Origin: Camelus dromedarius
Taxonomy: Eukaryota
Direction of reading: 5' to 3'
Length of the DNA: 64,000 bases
Assembly (NCBI RefSeq): GCF_036321535.1
Contig: NC_087436.1
Coordinates: 106,890,001 to 106,954,000, forward strand
Numbering within the stretch: the stretch's first letter is position 1; each line of letters opens with the position of its first letter. Shown piece after piece: positions 38,201 through 52,069 of this stretch. Made by a program: the position numbers and the translations under genes. The notes beneath the pieces are model-generated. The model ran no database searches, had not been told where the DNA came from, and worked only from the letters and a program-made list of their open reading frames with translations.

Positions 38201-38750
38201 TTTATCTGAGAGTTTTTATTTCTCCTTTTGAAGGATAATTTCAGTGGTAAAAGAATTGTAATCTGGTGCTTGTTTGTTTTTTAACATTTTAAGTGTTTCA
38301 CTACTCTCTTATAGCTGGGTTTCTAAGGAGATGTCTTAATTTTTACCCTTGCTCTTTACTAGATAGAGTGGCTTTTTTCTCTGGCATTTTTCAAGATTTC
38401 TTCTTTGTGTTTGATTTTTTTTTTTCAGTTTTAATATGACATATTTAGGTGTAATTTTTGTGGCATTTATCCTGCTTGGTGTTGTCTGAGCTTCCTGGAT
38501 ATAGTGGTTTGGTTTCTGTTATTAATTTTGGAAAATTATTTATTACTATTAGTTTAAATATTTCTTTTGTTCTTTTCTATCTTCTCCTTTTGGTATTCCC
38601 ATTGCATGTATGTTAAACATTTTATAATTGTCACTCAGTTCTTGAATATCCTGTTCCATCTTTTACACTTTTTTTCTCCTTGCATTCTGGTTTTGGAAGT
38701 TGCATTGATATTTCTTCAAGCTCGCTGATTCTTTCCTCATTGTGTCTAGC
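35215..38750 (-). mobile_element. Old L1 (L1M4/L1MC-like): ORF2, inter-ORF region and ORF1
   Basis: T-rich antisense ORF2 (ttctcaccattaagtatgatgttagctgtagg; aggaattggtccatttcatctaag; cttgagaagaatgtgcattttgctgttgttgga); ORF1-like at 38130-38750. Confidence 0.85.
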
Positions 38751-40630
38751 TCCTTTTCTTCCAAGTGTGCTGGGAGTTTTTAAAATCAGGAATGACTTCT
38801 GGATTTTGTTAAATGGTTTTCTGCATTATTTGAGATTATTACATGATCTCTTGATTCATTAGTTACCTTGATGAGTTACATCAATTAATTTTTGAACCCT
38901 AAACCAGAATTCTTGTGATAAACCCCACTTATTTAAGATATATTAACTTTTTTATATATACTGTTAGATTCAGTAGGTTAATATTTTTCTTGAGGGTCTT
39001 TATGTCTGTATTTACGAGTGCTATTATTTTTTACTTTTCTTTTCTTGTAATGTTTTTATCTGGTTTTGGTAATAGAAATAGTAACCTGCCCTTATAAAAT
39101 GAGCTGAGATGTGCTTCCTCATAGTTTCTAGTACATATTTTGTAGACTTAGTATTTTTTTTCCATGAATGTTTGGTAGAATTCACAAGAGAACACTTCTG
39201 GGGCTGGATTCTCCTTTTTGGAAAAGTTTTAACTATAAATTCAATTTCTTTAATTGATATGTGATTAATTCATTACCTTTTTTTTTCTTTTGAGTGAGTA
39301 CTGGTAGTTTGTGTTTTTCAAAGAATTGGTGCATTTCCCATAAGTTGCAAATTTGTAGGAATAGTTGTTTATATTGTCCTTTTAATCCTGTTAATATCTG
39401 TGAGGTCTATATTGTAAGTTGTTCATTTTGTTTCTTTAATTCTATTAATGTCACTGGGGTCTATAGTTATAGCTTTTATTTTGATACTGACATTGTAAAT
39501 TGTGTCTTCTCACTTTTTTACTAAGTCTGGCTAGAGATTTATTAATTTTATCAATTGTTCCTTGATTTTATCTAATGTTTTTCTATTTTTAATTTTATTT
39601 GTTATTTATATTATTATTTTTATTATGTACCTGCTATAGATTTAGTTTGTTCTTTTTCTCGTTAAGATTATTTGACCCTTTTTCTATTCTAAGCATTTGA
39701 CTACAAACTTAACAGTAAATGTTGTTGATGCATCCCACACATTTGGATATATGATATTTTTATTTTTATAGTCCAAAATATTTTTAAATTTCCCTTGAAA
39801 CTTCCTGTTTGAATCATAGTTTATTCAGACGTATGTTGTTTAATTTCCAAGTATTTGGAGATTTTCCAGCTATTTTTCTGTTATGGCCAATAAACATACT
39901 TTGTATGATTTCTAATCTTTAAATTTGTCAAGATTTGTTTAACGGCTCAAAATATGGCCTGTCTTGCTGAATGTTCTGTTTACCTTTGTAAATTAAGTGT
40001 TTTCTGATATTGTTGAGTGAAATCTATTAAGATCAAATAGGACTACTGGTTATAGGGTATTCAGTTCTTCTATATCTTTTATTTTCTCTTTTTGGATTTG
40101 TCTATTTTTCTTTTAATTCTATGGGTTTTTTTTCATGTACTTTAACACTCTGCTGATAAATACATACATATTAAAATTGTTATTGTTCTTGGAGAATTGG
40201 TTGTGTTATCATTGTATAATGTTTCTATTTATCCAAGATAATACTTCCTGTTCTAAAGTCTAACTTATGAGATATTAATCCTTCTATATTCTTTTGGTTA
40301 ATGTTTGTATGATACATCTTTCTCCATCCTTACTACATTTATTTACATTTAAAATTGGCTTAAACAAAGATCTTAAATTTTTCTAATAGTTTTACTATTT
40401 TACATTTTCATTGAAATCTTAAATCTATCTGGATTTATTTTTCCATACGGTGTAAAGGCATGGTCTTCCTCTAATATTTTTCATGAAGCTAAAAAATTTC
40501 ACCAGTGCTGTTTATTACAAAAATTATTCTTTTCCTTGGTAAAGGTAAGTGGCACTCTTTTTGTATATTGATTGCTCATAGATACTCAAAGCTATTTTGA
40601 GTTATTTTTTCTAGCTTCATTAATATTTTC
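38750..40630 (-). mobile_element. More diverged L1 ORF2 fragments
   Basis: A second pass through the same ORF2 motifs (gtttggtagaattcac, tctggctagagatttattaatt, gtttaatttccaagtatttggag). Confidence 0.75.
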
Positions 40631-41504
40631 TATATATTTCCTTGATATTCTATCATTAGACTTTTAAGACTTCTCAGTAAATAACCCTACAACTCCTCTT
40701 TATGAGAAAATCTGTGGTCTTCAAAAACTGATAACCAGAAAGATCTAAAATCAGAAACTCTCATACTTCCAAGCAAAATCATTCAATTGTAAGGTATCCG
40801 TCTCCCTTGAAAGCTGTAGTAATATGTTTACTTTCACCTGAACAAAAAGACTTTTGGAGAAAAAAAAACTTAACTAGTTTTGTTTAATAATTATATTCCC
40901 ACGTTATCCTGTGAGAAAAAGGAAAACAGTTATATATACAATAGTTCTGCTGGTTTTTATTTCTTTTTTCAAAGTTCAGTTATGAAATCTGATTTTTATT
41001 TTAACCTAATTATTCAGGAACTAGGATCATAATATGCATTCATATGTAATTAACTTTATTCAGTGATAGAATATCCAATAGGGCTTTTTAAAAATTCTCT
41101 GTTGTCTGCAGCCATGTCTCTGGTTCTTTGGAGATGCAAAATTGTATAATAACACATAATTACTTTGGTGATTTTTGCAATTTTGTTAGATGACCCAACA
41201 TAGACAGTGGCATTTATCAGTAATATAAGGCATAAACATTAAGTGTTCAATGAGTGATTAAATTTATAAATGTTTGGGTGGGGAGTTGTTCAGAAGGAAC
41301 TAATATTTAAGGAGCCATGAACTTTTGACATGTGGCATTATATGCATTACAAATATGTTTATTAATCCTTATAAATACTTTGTGACTGGGAATTAGTATC
41401 CCAAATACACTGTTGAAGCAATGGAGGGTGAGAGAGTATAGGTCTCAGGGACTAAATACTTGAACTATGGCTGATTCATAAGGTGCATCGACACTATAAA
41501 TAAA

Positions 41505-41914
41505 TGTTATGGAACCTTATTTGGAAATAGGGTCAGTGCAGATTATTAGTTAAAATAAGTTCATTCTGGAGTAGGATGGGCCCCTAATCCAATATGACTC
41601 GTGTCTTTATAAGAAGACAGCCATGGGAAGACAGGGAGAAACAGAGAGATCTCCCTGTAATGACAAAAGCCAGAGGTCGGAGTTACACAGCTGCAAGCCA
41701 AGAAATGTCAAAAATTGCCAGTAAACCACCAGAAGCTAGAAAGACCAAAGAAAAGATTCCCTTACAGCTTTCAGAGGAAGCATGGTACTGCTAACATCTT
41801 GATTTTTGGACTTCTAACCTTCAAGAACTGTGAGATAATAAATTTCTATTGTTTGTTGTTTTAGTCCACCCAGTTTGTGGTATTTTGTTACAACAACTCT
41901 AGGCAAATAACATA
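41505..41914 (+). mobile_element. MLT1B/C-like LTR
   Basis: ccttatttggaaatagggtc, ccctaatccaatatgact, ccaccagaagctag, aataaatttctattg, cccagtttgtggtattttgttac. Confidence 0.85.
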
Positions 41915-42218
41915 GCAAGTGATGAACGTATAGTAATGGCATAGTGGGGAGTGTGCTCTCCAGACTGTGTACTTCCTATCGAGTACGTGTGCAAGAACTG
42001 AAGCTGGGTAAGAAATGCGTTATTGCAGATTACCAATATCAGGTCATTAGTTAGACCACAGCAGTAAATTCCAACCAAGTAGCACAATTCCTGGGGAGGA
42101 TGACTAAGAGGTAAAGACTGGGAACTCTGGCAAATATGCAAATATAACTACCAGTTGGTCCACTATAACCAAAGTCGGGGTGGAGGAGCTTTATATACTT
42201 AGGAAAAGAGAAACAGTA

Positions 42219-43276
42219 TAGACAATACTCAATTTGTAAGCAGCGAAGGACCATAAAAATGCCATGCAGGTCAAAACCCTGCAAGGGAAACTTAATAATC
42301 AATGGAAAATTATGAATGTTCTGTAACCTTTAAAAATCTGTTGTCAAAACGTTAAAAATTTTCTACTGTCTATTGTAGATGCATAGAGAAATAAAAAAGA
42401 AAAACTACAGTAAAACTAGTGCTTATTTAGTACACTTTAAATTTTTGGAAAGACTGAGAATTAAAGTATTTTATTTCTTTACATTAAGAATCGCTTGAAC
42501 AGCATTTTCTTTCTTGTCCTATAGCTTAAGATATGAAGTGAACATCTTTTCTCTGCCTTGGCAAATAGCCACATACCTTTCTAAGTTTGGATCACCTTCC
42601 AAAATTTTACCTTTTGCACTTTCAATGTCATGAAATATCTTTGAGAGGTCCTTTAACGTGAAGTTTTTTCCTGGCGTTGCTTCTACTGGGATATGTTCAA
42701 CTTTCTCATTATAACCATTTTCTTCATGTATGTTAACACATTCATCTTCACTAATTTCCTCTGGCTTCTTATCTAGAGTCCTTCAAACAGTGACAGTGTC
42801 TGTCTTCCACAGTCAGCAATTTCTTCTTTAACTCCATTTACTTTTGATTGCTATTTCACTCCCAATGTTATCACTTAGTTTCTTTGCTGTACTTTTATCT
42901 TTGTTAGCCATTCTCTCTTTTGAGTATCCATTTTTGTAAAATGCCATGTTGCTTTATTACTGGGGGACAAGGAGGCAAAACAGCCACATTCTTTGCTGTC
43001 TGCCGGTAAACTAACAGTGTCCATGGTAACAACCACCGACAGACTTTCAGAGAATTGATGTGATTTGTCCTTGGTCATTTTGCACATCTGTTATTCACTC
43101 AGTGATATATAGATTGAAGAACTAGCCATAGAAGTTCATACTTCATGCAATTACTCACAGTTAATATCCCATAGTAACTGAAATTTATGCCACGTTGTGG
43201 GGGACTGGTAATTTTTAGCTAAACCATGGTTACTGAAGTTAATGCATATTAGAACCATCAGAAGAAAGATTGCTTG
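42219..43276 (-). mobile_element. Apparently complete non-autonomous TcMar-Tigger-type DNA transposon (about 1.06 kb)
   Basis: Decayed TIRs at both ends with TA-like flanks; minus strand keeps a transposase N-terminal remnant (tttacaaaaatggatactcaaaagagagaa...aaagtacagcaaagaaac) and an acidic C-terminal remnant. Confidence 0.75.
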
Positions 43277-43347
43277 CATATATCTAATTAGGGGTTAAAA
43301 GTTGTATAGAAGGGAATGAGGCGAGAAGAGAAAGTAAATGCATTGGA

Positions 43348-43532
43348 CAGTGGTTCTCAAAGTGTGATCAACAGGCCAGAAACATTGGCATTATGTGAGA
43401 ACTTATTAGAAATGTCAGTCTCAGGTCCCACCCGAGACAGACTGAATCAGAAATTCTGAGGGTGGGGCCTAGCCATCTATGTTTTAATAAGGTCTCCAGG
43501 TGATTTTCATGCTACAAATTTGGGAATCATTG
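43348..43532. mobile_element. MER5A (hAT-Charlie MITE)
   Basis: cagtggttctcaaagtgtg...ttagaaatg...actgaatcagaaattctgagggtggggcc...ctccaggtgatt...tttgggaatcattg. Confidence 0.9.
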
Positions 43533-45491
43533 AAATAGAAAATATGGATTGATGTGTTGGAAGGGATAGAGTGAGGATAAAGCCCTTATTGTAGAGCTGA
43601 GGTGAAACAGCAGGAGTCCGTTAAGGTTCTGTGCGTGTTTCCTCTAGGTGGCTGCTACGTGTTTAGGCTCTTTCAAGTTTACACTAACTACAAATACACA
43701 TTGATGGGAGAGGCTAGTGCTGCTGTCTCAAATGCATGTTGTTTAGGCCATGGAAGATGGTGGTTAGCAAGGGGGCTTTATCTGAGAAGCCACAAAAATC
43801 ACACTCCCAGTAACTGGCAGAGAAAAATCTTTAATTCAGTTCTTTTTGCCTTGAAATTTTATGCTCTCTAACTTGTTTTACACTGTTTATTCATAGTTTC
43901 AGGGAAACCCACTATAATGAACACCTTATTCATGGGTTCAAATTCAAATTTCACCATTTAATGTGTGGGTGGCTTTGGGGATAGTAATACCTACTTCAAG
44001 TGGTTTTTGGAAGGATGCAAAGAGATAGATAATGTAGATATAGTTTCTAGTCCGAGCAATTATACTTAATAAGAACTCAGTTCTGTTCTTAAGTTCTTGT
44101 ATGGATTTCACTCTTCCATTGTTTGCTACCAATGGTATCATTTTATGGTATCATTATACCTATCCATATTACATCTTAATAATTTGTCAGTGATCTTTTT
44201 TTGTTCACCAACATATTCTAGGATCCTAAAATTTTGCCAAAAATGCAGCAGTTGCTTAATTAAAATTTGTTGAATGAATGAATGGCTCCTTCCACTAGTC
44301 CTAGTTCAAAGTCCTCATTCTCCATAAAGACAACCCAGAGAATTTTCAAAGCACTGGAATAATTATGTAAGAATGAAAGGGGTATTTGCATGGGGTATGA
44401 CAATGCCCAAGTTTTGTCTCAGTCTTGTTTGAGGAGCTAAGGTGAACTCAACGGAAACATTCTTAATGGAGAAAATGGCCACCTGAAAAATTAGCATTAT
44501 ACATTATGGGATAAAGAGACTATATTCAGGGAAAAATATAAATCATATTCAAGAAAGGAAGCAAAGGCTATAACTACAAAAGTGCCAGGGTGAACACATA
44601 AAAAGGTCAGAAGTTAGAAGAATCAAGTGCAAATTAGGGAGTAGAGAGTCAGATGGATCCAGGCAAGTGGTACAGGGATAACGCAATAAAACTTTGATGC
44701 CCTATGGTGCTCTCTGCATGGTACTAAGCCTTGTAGGATTGAAAACTTTTTCTTGCATGCATTTTAAATGCTTTGATTTGTACTTAATGACAGGGAACTT
44801 GTATATGCCACTCAGTAAAGATGGATTTGTCCGAGACCCTGCTAAATCAATGCATATTCACTGAAATCTCTTGTCATTGTTCTGTCAGAGAAAGCTCTGC
44901 ATCCATTCTGCCACATGGAGATGTGGCTAGTCTGTATCTGTGTTAGTAACCAGCTGGGACTTTTACTGGCTTCATTATGCCATTTATTTTATCAGTAGAC
45001 AGTTCTCCTCTAGTCTTTGTTTTCCTTGGTGGAAGTTATGCTCCTTTTGTTTGTGTTATAATAGAGAACAAGCCATTTTCTTTTCAACATTAACAAGCCC
45101 ATCAGTCATGCACTTTGACTTATAATTTTGAGTGCCTTTCAGCACTTTTAGGGGCAAGAAAAGATGACATTATTCTGAGCCACAACATTATGGGGGCAAG
45201 AAATTCCCTCAAGAGGTCATATAATCTAATCCTCTGACTCCAGCTGAACATTAACTTTTGAAGAGATCATCACTTATAGATAAAATCTTCCTCTTTGCTT
45301 TATATTCACATGACACTGAAGGGGTCTGCATTTTCTGTGAGCCTAGAGGAAGAGAAAATGGCTTTCTTCAAGTTAAGGAGCCTCACTTCTCTCTTTTACC
45401 AAGATTTACAACCTGGCGAAGAAAATCATAAACGGATCATCTCTGTAAGTCATAACTCTGCCTATATCTAAAAGTTGAAAGACTAGATTGG

Positions 45492-46087
45492 TGTATTTAT
45501 TTTATCTTGCCACATAACAAATTACCATAAATTTAGCTTAAAACAAAACTAATTGTTATCTCATAGTAGCCATGAGTGAGGATTCCAGGAATCTGGGGGC
45601 TTTGTTCAGAGTCTCATCAGGTTGAAATCCAGGAGCAGACTGGGGCTGTGATCTCATCTGCAGCTCAGGGTCCTCTTCCAAGCTTTTAGTTGCTGAAAGT
45701 TTTCAGGTGGAGGACTAAGATCCCCATTTCCTTGCTGGCTGTCACCCGGGGGCTGTTCTTATCTCTGAAAGCTGGCCACCATTCCTTGTCCTGTAATCAT
45801 GTCTACAACATTGCAGATTTATTTTTCCAAGGATGAAAGAAGAGTGTCTGCTTCTGTGTCAGGTCTCTCTGAGGTCTTTAAAGGATGCACCATATTAGGT
45901 CAGCTCCATCCAGGAGAGTCTCCCCTTTGACTAACTCAAGGTAAACTGATCAGAGACCTTCACTGCATCTGCAAAATCCCTTCACTTTTTCCTGATCACA
46001 GGAGTGACGACCCCTTTCTTTCCCAAATTTTCTAGGGCATGCAGGAGACAGAAATCTTGGGGACCAACTTAGAATGCAGCCCATCAC
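45492..46087 (-). mobile_element. MLT1 (MLT1E-like) LTR
   Basis: cataacaaattaccataaatttagcttaaaacaa...cagggtcctcttccaagc...catctgcaaaatcccttcac. Confidence 0.8.
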
Positions 46088-46111
46088 CTCTGGTGATGCA
46101 TTAATCAATTA

Positions 46112-46584
46112 TGTTAGTTTTCGATGCTTGCAAGCCAAATTAGTGGCTTAAAACAGAAATAACTAATTATTAGCTTATGATTCTATGGGTTGGCAATTTA
46201 GACTGCACTTAGTTGGGAAGTCTTTCCAATCACTTCTGCTGGATTTACTCATACAACTGCAGTGAGCTAGTGGGTTGACTGGGGGCTTCTTGGTCCTAGA
46301 TGGTGTCACTCATGTTTCTGGTAATTGGGTGGGGCAACAGGGCAACAAGACAACCTTTCTCCAAAATCTAGAAAGCTATCTCAGTCTTCTTCACAAGGTA
46401 GCTAGGTTCCAAAAGCAGGAGCAGGAATAGAAAGCACTTTTCAACCCTTGGCTTCTATCATGTTTCCTAATTGTCTTTTCAGTCAAAGCAAGTCATGTGT
46501 CAAGCCAAGATTCAAGAGGTGGAGAAATATATTCCTAATTGCAAGAACTGAAAAATAGTGTAGCCACTGTTAAAATCTGCCACA
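46112..46584 (-). mobile_element. MLT1 (MLT1F/H-like) LTR
   Basis: ttagtggcttaaaacag...tgattctatgggttggcaattt...caaagcaagtcatg...agattcaagaggtggagaaata...aatctgccaca. Confidence 0.75.
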
Positions 46585-48397
46585 CCCATTAGACATGTAA
46601 AGTCAATCAAACAAGGGATAAAGAAAACTACTGGGTACAACGATGCCACAACACAGACACATACACTACTTCTGTAAAGCAAAGAATGATTCTATAATTT
46701 ACTTGAAAAAACTCTTAGTTTATCTTTTAAAATTAGATCATTCTTTTGAAACTTGGATTTTCCCATATTTCTCTCAATTAATTTTTTTTTCTGGTTTCTT
46801 TTTAAAGTGGCTTTTCTCCTTGAAAATACAATATTGAAAGATATGAATCACTATTTCTCTATTACCTCATGAAAGATTTTGTAACTACATGCACCCTTAT
46901 AACCTCTTCTCATTTCAGCTTCATTAAAAATTAGGATGTACAATTAGAATATGTAATTTGGCTCAATTATATTCAAAAACCAACCAGCTTGGACCTCATC
47001 TCTAATGACATTGAAGCCCTCAGCATTCAAAGAAAATTACAAATGACTCAGCAAATTTAATGATAATGCAGACAGCTCTCTCCTTCTGATCAAAGTCTAA
47101 AAGAAAGAGTGGAAATCAAGCGAAAGAAAAGATAAGAGGAGGAAAAAAATATTTGGCTTCATCTTGTCAATAAAAAGAAACCAAAGCAAGGCAAATCCCA
47201 AGTGTAGTTTCTGGAAAAGCAGGACAGAAAGGATGCTGATTTAACCTAAAAAGGAGGCCCTGTGACATGGGATTCTGAAAAAAAATTTTTTTGCTTAAGA
47301 TGAAAATATAAGCATGAAAGAGAAGGGAAGCAGAAGTGTGAGGAAAGAGGCTGGAGAGTATTTTTAATAGAAGCAAATACATAACTTACATGTGGTGAAG
47401 ATGTTTAAGTATTTATCATATTATTATACTTAGGTTTTCAAAGAACCATGTAAGCTAGGGAAGGACATTATATAGATTCTCCTCCCCTTGCTACTACCAG
47501 CAGAATTACATTTTTAAACACATGTGTGTTTGTTTCTTTTACCTGCTTTAAAGCAAAAACAAAAACACTGGGGTTTCCTTATTATCTGTAGGATAAAGTG
47601 CAGACTCCCTAGCCCTTCAAACAACCTGGTCACAACCTAATGGATGTGATAAGCAACCTGCACAGCTGTACTTAGTATACCTAAGGGGAGTGATTTAATG
47701 CGTCTGTCTTTTTGTTTTACTTTCCCCTCCTCCACCTAAAGGATTCATTATTGTAGTCTTGGCCAATTTCCCAGGAAATAGTAAGGTTCTTTTCCCATTC
47801 TTTGTGTTTCACAAACCATTGTTTATTACTCTAATGACATTTATTCCTCTGCACAGTAAATATCTGTTTATTAATCTGTCTTCTTCATTAGATTGTGAAT
47901 GCCTCTAGGGCAGGGGCTGTACCTGGTTCTCTGCTGAAGTTGTAGAAGTTTCTGGTGATATATAAGGGAATGAGGGCCCCACTACTGCAGCCTTCAGAAG
48001 CACCAACTGACTACCAGTGATCCGTGGAATCCCTTAGGAATGGCCTTTACATATCACCTGTCATTTTTTTTTATTTTGATTTTAAGCTGGGTAGAGTGAT
48101 ACCAATTGGTCAAGTGAGCCATGTATTGTGCTCTAGAGATTCTTTAATCTGCATTTTGGGGCCTCATATTAGAATGTCCTTTGATTTTACTGAAATACAG
48201 AATACCCATACACCCCAGATTGCCAGTACCCCTTTTCGCTGCCAAAGGTGTTACTCTTGATGAATTATGTGATCATCCTGAAACCACAATCATTTCTTAT
48301 TAGATTTATGTGCCTAATCCAAGAGAAAATTTAGAGAGTATAGAGTAGACTGAATTTGGAGCCACAATAATCAAGGAATTAGAACATTAGGATTCAT

Positions 48398-48485
48398 GGG
48401 GGAGGGTATAGCTCAGTAGTAGAGTGTATGCTTAGCGTGCACAAGGTCCTGGGTTCAATCCCTAGTAGCTTCACTAGAAAAAAAA
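48398..48485 (+). mobile_element. Short Vic-1-type camelid SINE (tRNA head plus A tail)
   Basis: ggggagggtatagctcagtagtagagtg...aaggtcctgggttcaatccc followed by an A tail; flanks attaggattc / attagattc. Confidence 0.85.
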
Positions 48486-49374
48486 TTAGATTCTAATTGA
48501 AGCCTTGCCACAAACTTGTAGTATTTATTGGAATCCACCTAACAGTTAATTCATTTTGGTTAATATTATGTGGAAAGTGAAATAGAGAAGAGAGGGAAAA
48601 CAGTGTAATATAATGTTTGAGGGAAAAATTAAATCAAGCCCTTGATTGTACGAGTTTAAGGGAAAGAAACAGTATATAGAAATGAACTATACAGAACATC
48701 CTTATTATATTCGTTAGCTGTTTTATGCTTTTCCCTTACTAAACCTTTTATAAGAGTTGCAAGCAAATAAAATGTTTGGCTATCACATTTTTTTCTCCCT
48801 AGTGGAGGTGCAAATGAGCAATAAAATGGTTACCTGGCAGGTAGTAGAAGAGAGATAGTGAAAAAGTAGAGGACCAAAACAATCCTTAAATGGGATAAGG
48901 GCCAGGGTAACTGAGCAGATTGCAGATGATAGTATCTTCTTCAGAAGAGAAGGAAAGTGATGTATAAATATTACATTTCAAAAGGACCCTTATGGGATTA
49001 ACACCATGAAATTCAGCCAGTAACGGATTAGCTTTCCCAGAAGTTAATGAGTTGTCCAAAGTCACAATGCAAGAAAAATGCACAGCTCATGTTCACTATG
49101 TTTTCGGCGTGCATCCTATTATAAAGCCATACTGATAACTGATCATTCCTCCAGCACACCCTGACATTTTAGGACTTTGCATATGCCTTTGAGCCTATTT
49201 GCAATGCTTGATGACCTTCTCATCCTTCAAAGCTCAGTTTTGATATCACTGTCTGCTTCTCCCTTCTCTTCCACTTTAATTTACTACTACTATATTCATT
49301 ACCTTGTTCAAGCTTGAGAGAAGTTTAACAGTTTTAATGTTTCCTGAAACACAGCCAGCACGTATCCCCCTGTA

Positions 49375-49620
49375 TTGCTGAATTGTTAAAGACATGAACT
49401 GTAGAATCAGAGAAGTTCGGGTTTGAGCTCTGCCATAAGCCATGTATCTCTAGACATTTTTTAAAATTTCTCAGTCTTACTTTCTTCACCTAAACAGAAA
49501 CAAAAACCAGTGAAAGTAATATCAACCTCCTAAGATTGTTCTGATGATCAGGTGAAATAATGTACAGAAATTATTTATCTCAATGCTCAGAAGTCAGTGA
49601 AAACTATCTATATGGGTAAT
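49375..49620 (+). mobile_element. MIR SINE
   Basis: gttaaagacatgaactgtagaatcagagaagttcgggtttgag...caacctcctaagattgttctgatgat. Confidence 0.6.
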
Positions 49621-51569
49621 TTTTTTTCTCTAAACTGCACAATAAAAATTTCATTATTCGCTTTGTGTCTCTAGCACCTTTCTGTGGTTTCTGTCTCAAG
49701 AATGGAGCACTTCAATTACTCATGTTATTCCCCTCTTCTGCTTTTCCTCAAATTTAGAAGACCTGATCAGAAAGCCTATGATTATTTTAAAATTAACATC
49801 CAGAGAAATGTGTATTAGTGTTTTCTCCATGGTTTTGTCTGGATAAAATCTAAGACCTAAGCCTTCAAAGAGAGGTGGATACAGATGGTTGGGGATGGAA
49901 GTGCCATATGCCAACAAACTTCCTGGGAGGGAAAACAATATTTCGGTAAAACTGTAAAAATGTGACTATACTACATCAAAAGAATAGTCTCTTGCTTTAC
50001 TCTCTGCAGTCAGTGAAAGACCATTCCATCTAAAATCCTTACTTCCTTCATCTTATTTTGTGCTTACTGCATACTCTTCCACAGAAATTCTTTCCTCGTC
50101 CTGTTTAGATTTCTTGAGAGGTGTTGCCAAAGTCACCCACTGTGGCAGGGCAATTTTAAAATGACATTTCAGAATTATGGGCAACAGATCACATCCATTT
50201 TCCATACCTGCCTCTCCCTCCATATCTAAAGACATTTCCTCTGTTAGAGCTTAGACATGCGATATCTACCCATGTTGAGAGAAAATCCATAAGAATAAAA
50301 GAAAGTATATGGATTATTTCCACCACCACCACTTCTATTCTGGATTTGAAATGATAAAAAGGGAAGCCCAGGTCAGAAATTTGGGGGAAAAGAAAGCTCT
50401 TTTATCTGTGGCAGAAATAACAAAAGTTTAAGTCTATGGTGCTTCAGTGACAACAGCTGAAAGTACCAACAGAATAAGCCTAAAAAATTAGGCCTATAAC
50501 CAGCTGAGCTTGGAATTACTTAAAACTTCAATCTTATACAATTGATATTTAAAAGTTTTCATTTAGATCTTCAATCCATTTTGAGATTATTTGTGTATAT
50601 GGTGCTAGAGAATGTTCTAATTTCATTTTTTTACACATAGTTGTCCAGTTTTCCTAGCACTACTTATTGAAGAGACTGTTTTTTCCATTGTAAATTCTTG
50701 CTTCCTTTGTCATAGATTAATTGACCATAAGTGCGGGTTCATTTCTGGGTTCTCTATCCTGTTCCATTTATCAATGTGTCTGTTTTTGCTCCAGTACTAT
50801 ACTGTTTTGATTACTGTAGCTTTGTAGTATAGTCTGAAGTCAAGAAGCATGATTCCTCCAGCTGTTTTTCTTTCTCAGGATTGTTTTGACCATACAGGGT
50901 CTTCTGTGTTTCCATTAAAATTTTATACTTATTTGTTCTAGTTTTGTGAAAATTGCCATTGGTATTTTGATAGGGAATGCATTGTATCTGTAGATTGCCT
51001 TGGGTGGCATGGTCATTTTAACAGTATTGATTCTTCCAATCCAAGAACATGGTATACCTTTCCATCTGCTTGGGTCATCTTCAATTCCTTTCATCAGGGT
51101 CTTAGAGTTTTCAGAGTACAGGTTTCTGCCTCCTTAGGTAGGCTTACTCCTGGGCATTTTGTTCTTTTTGATGCAGTGGTAAATGGGATTGTTTCCTTCA
51201 TTGCTCTTCCTGATGGTTCATTGTTACTGTATAGAAATACAATAGATTTCTGCATATTAATTTTGTATCCTGCAACTTTATAAAATGTATTGATGAGCTC
51301 TAGTAGTTTTCTGGTGGCACCTTTAGGTTTTTCTGTGTATAGTATCATGTCATCTACAAACAAAGACAGTTTTATTTATTAACTTCCAATTTGGATTCTT
51401 TTTATTTCCTTTTCTTCTCTGATTGCTGTGACTAGGAATTCCAAAGCTATGTTGAATAAGAGTGGTAAAAGTGGGCGTTTTGTCTTGTTCCTGATGTTAG
51501 AGAAAACGCTTTCAGCTTTTCACCACTGAGTATGATGCCAGCTGTGGCTTTGTTGTATATGGCTTTTAT

Positions 51570-51728
51570 CTCCTTTTTTTTTTTTTTTAATTGAGCTATA
51601 GTCAGTTTACAATGTTGTGTCAATTTCTGGTGTACAGCACAATTCTTCAGTCATACATTAATATAAATACATTCATTTTCATATTCTTTTTCACTGTGAG
51701 ATGCTATAAGGTATTAAATATATTTCCC
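51570..51728 (-). mobile_element. Nested short L1 3' end
   Basis: Poly-T followed by aattgagctatagtcagtttacaatgttgtgtcaatttctggtgtacagc; TSD tatggc(t/c)tttat at 51558-51569 and 51729-51740. Confidence 0.85.
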
Positions 51729-51878
51729 TATGGCCTTTATTATGTTGTTATATGTTCCCTTTATGTCCACTTTCTGGATAATTCTTATCATTAATGGATG
51801 TTGAATTTTATCAAAGGCTTTTCTGGATCTATTGAGATGATCATATGGTTTTTATTCTTCAATTTGGTAATGTGGTGT

Positions 51879-52069
51879 TTTTTAATTAATTTTTTAGGAC
51901 ATTTATTTTGAATTTTGTATAATTTATTTTATTTTACTTATTTATTTTAGTGGGGGGTGATTAGGTTTGTTTTTGTTTGTTTGTTTGTTTTTAATGGAGG
52001 TACTGGGGATTGAACTGAGAAACTTGTGCATCCTGAGCAGGCACTCTACCACTGAGCTATACCTGCCCC
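51879..52069 (-). mobile_element. Nested Vic-1-type SINE
   Basis: tggaggtactggggattgaac...gcactctaccactgagctatacc; TSD tggtaatgtggtgt / tgttaatgtggttt. Confidence 0.88.

Noticed and set aside
42480..43090. Acidic/basic coding-like minus-strand sequence suggesting a processed pseudogene
   Set aside because: Explained by the Tigger-type element that encloses it
48398..48470. tRNA-like gene (A and B boxes); also at 5220-5290 and 52000-52069
   Set aside because: A-rich tails, TSDs and decayed stems show these are tRNA-derived SINEs, not tRNA genes
51094..51363. Reverse-transcriptase ORF
   Set aside because: Fragment of a truncated, inverted L1 ORF2 with adjacent stops and frameshifts; not a functional CDS
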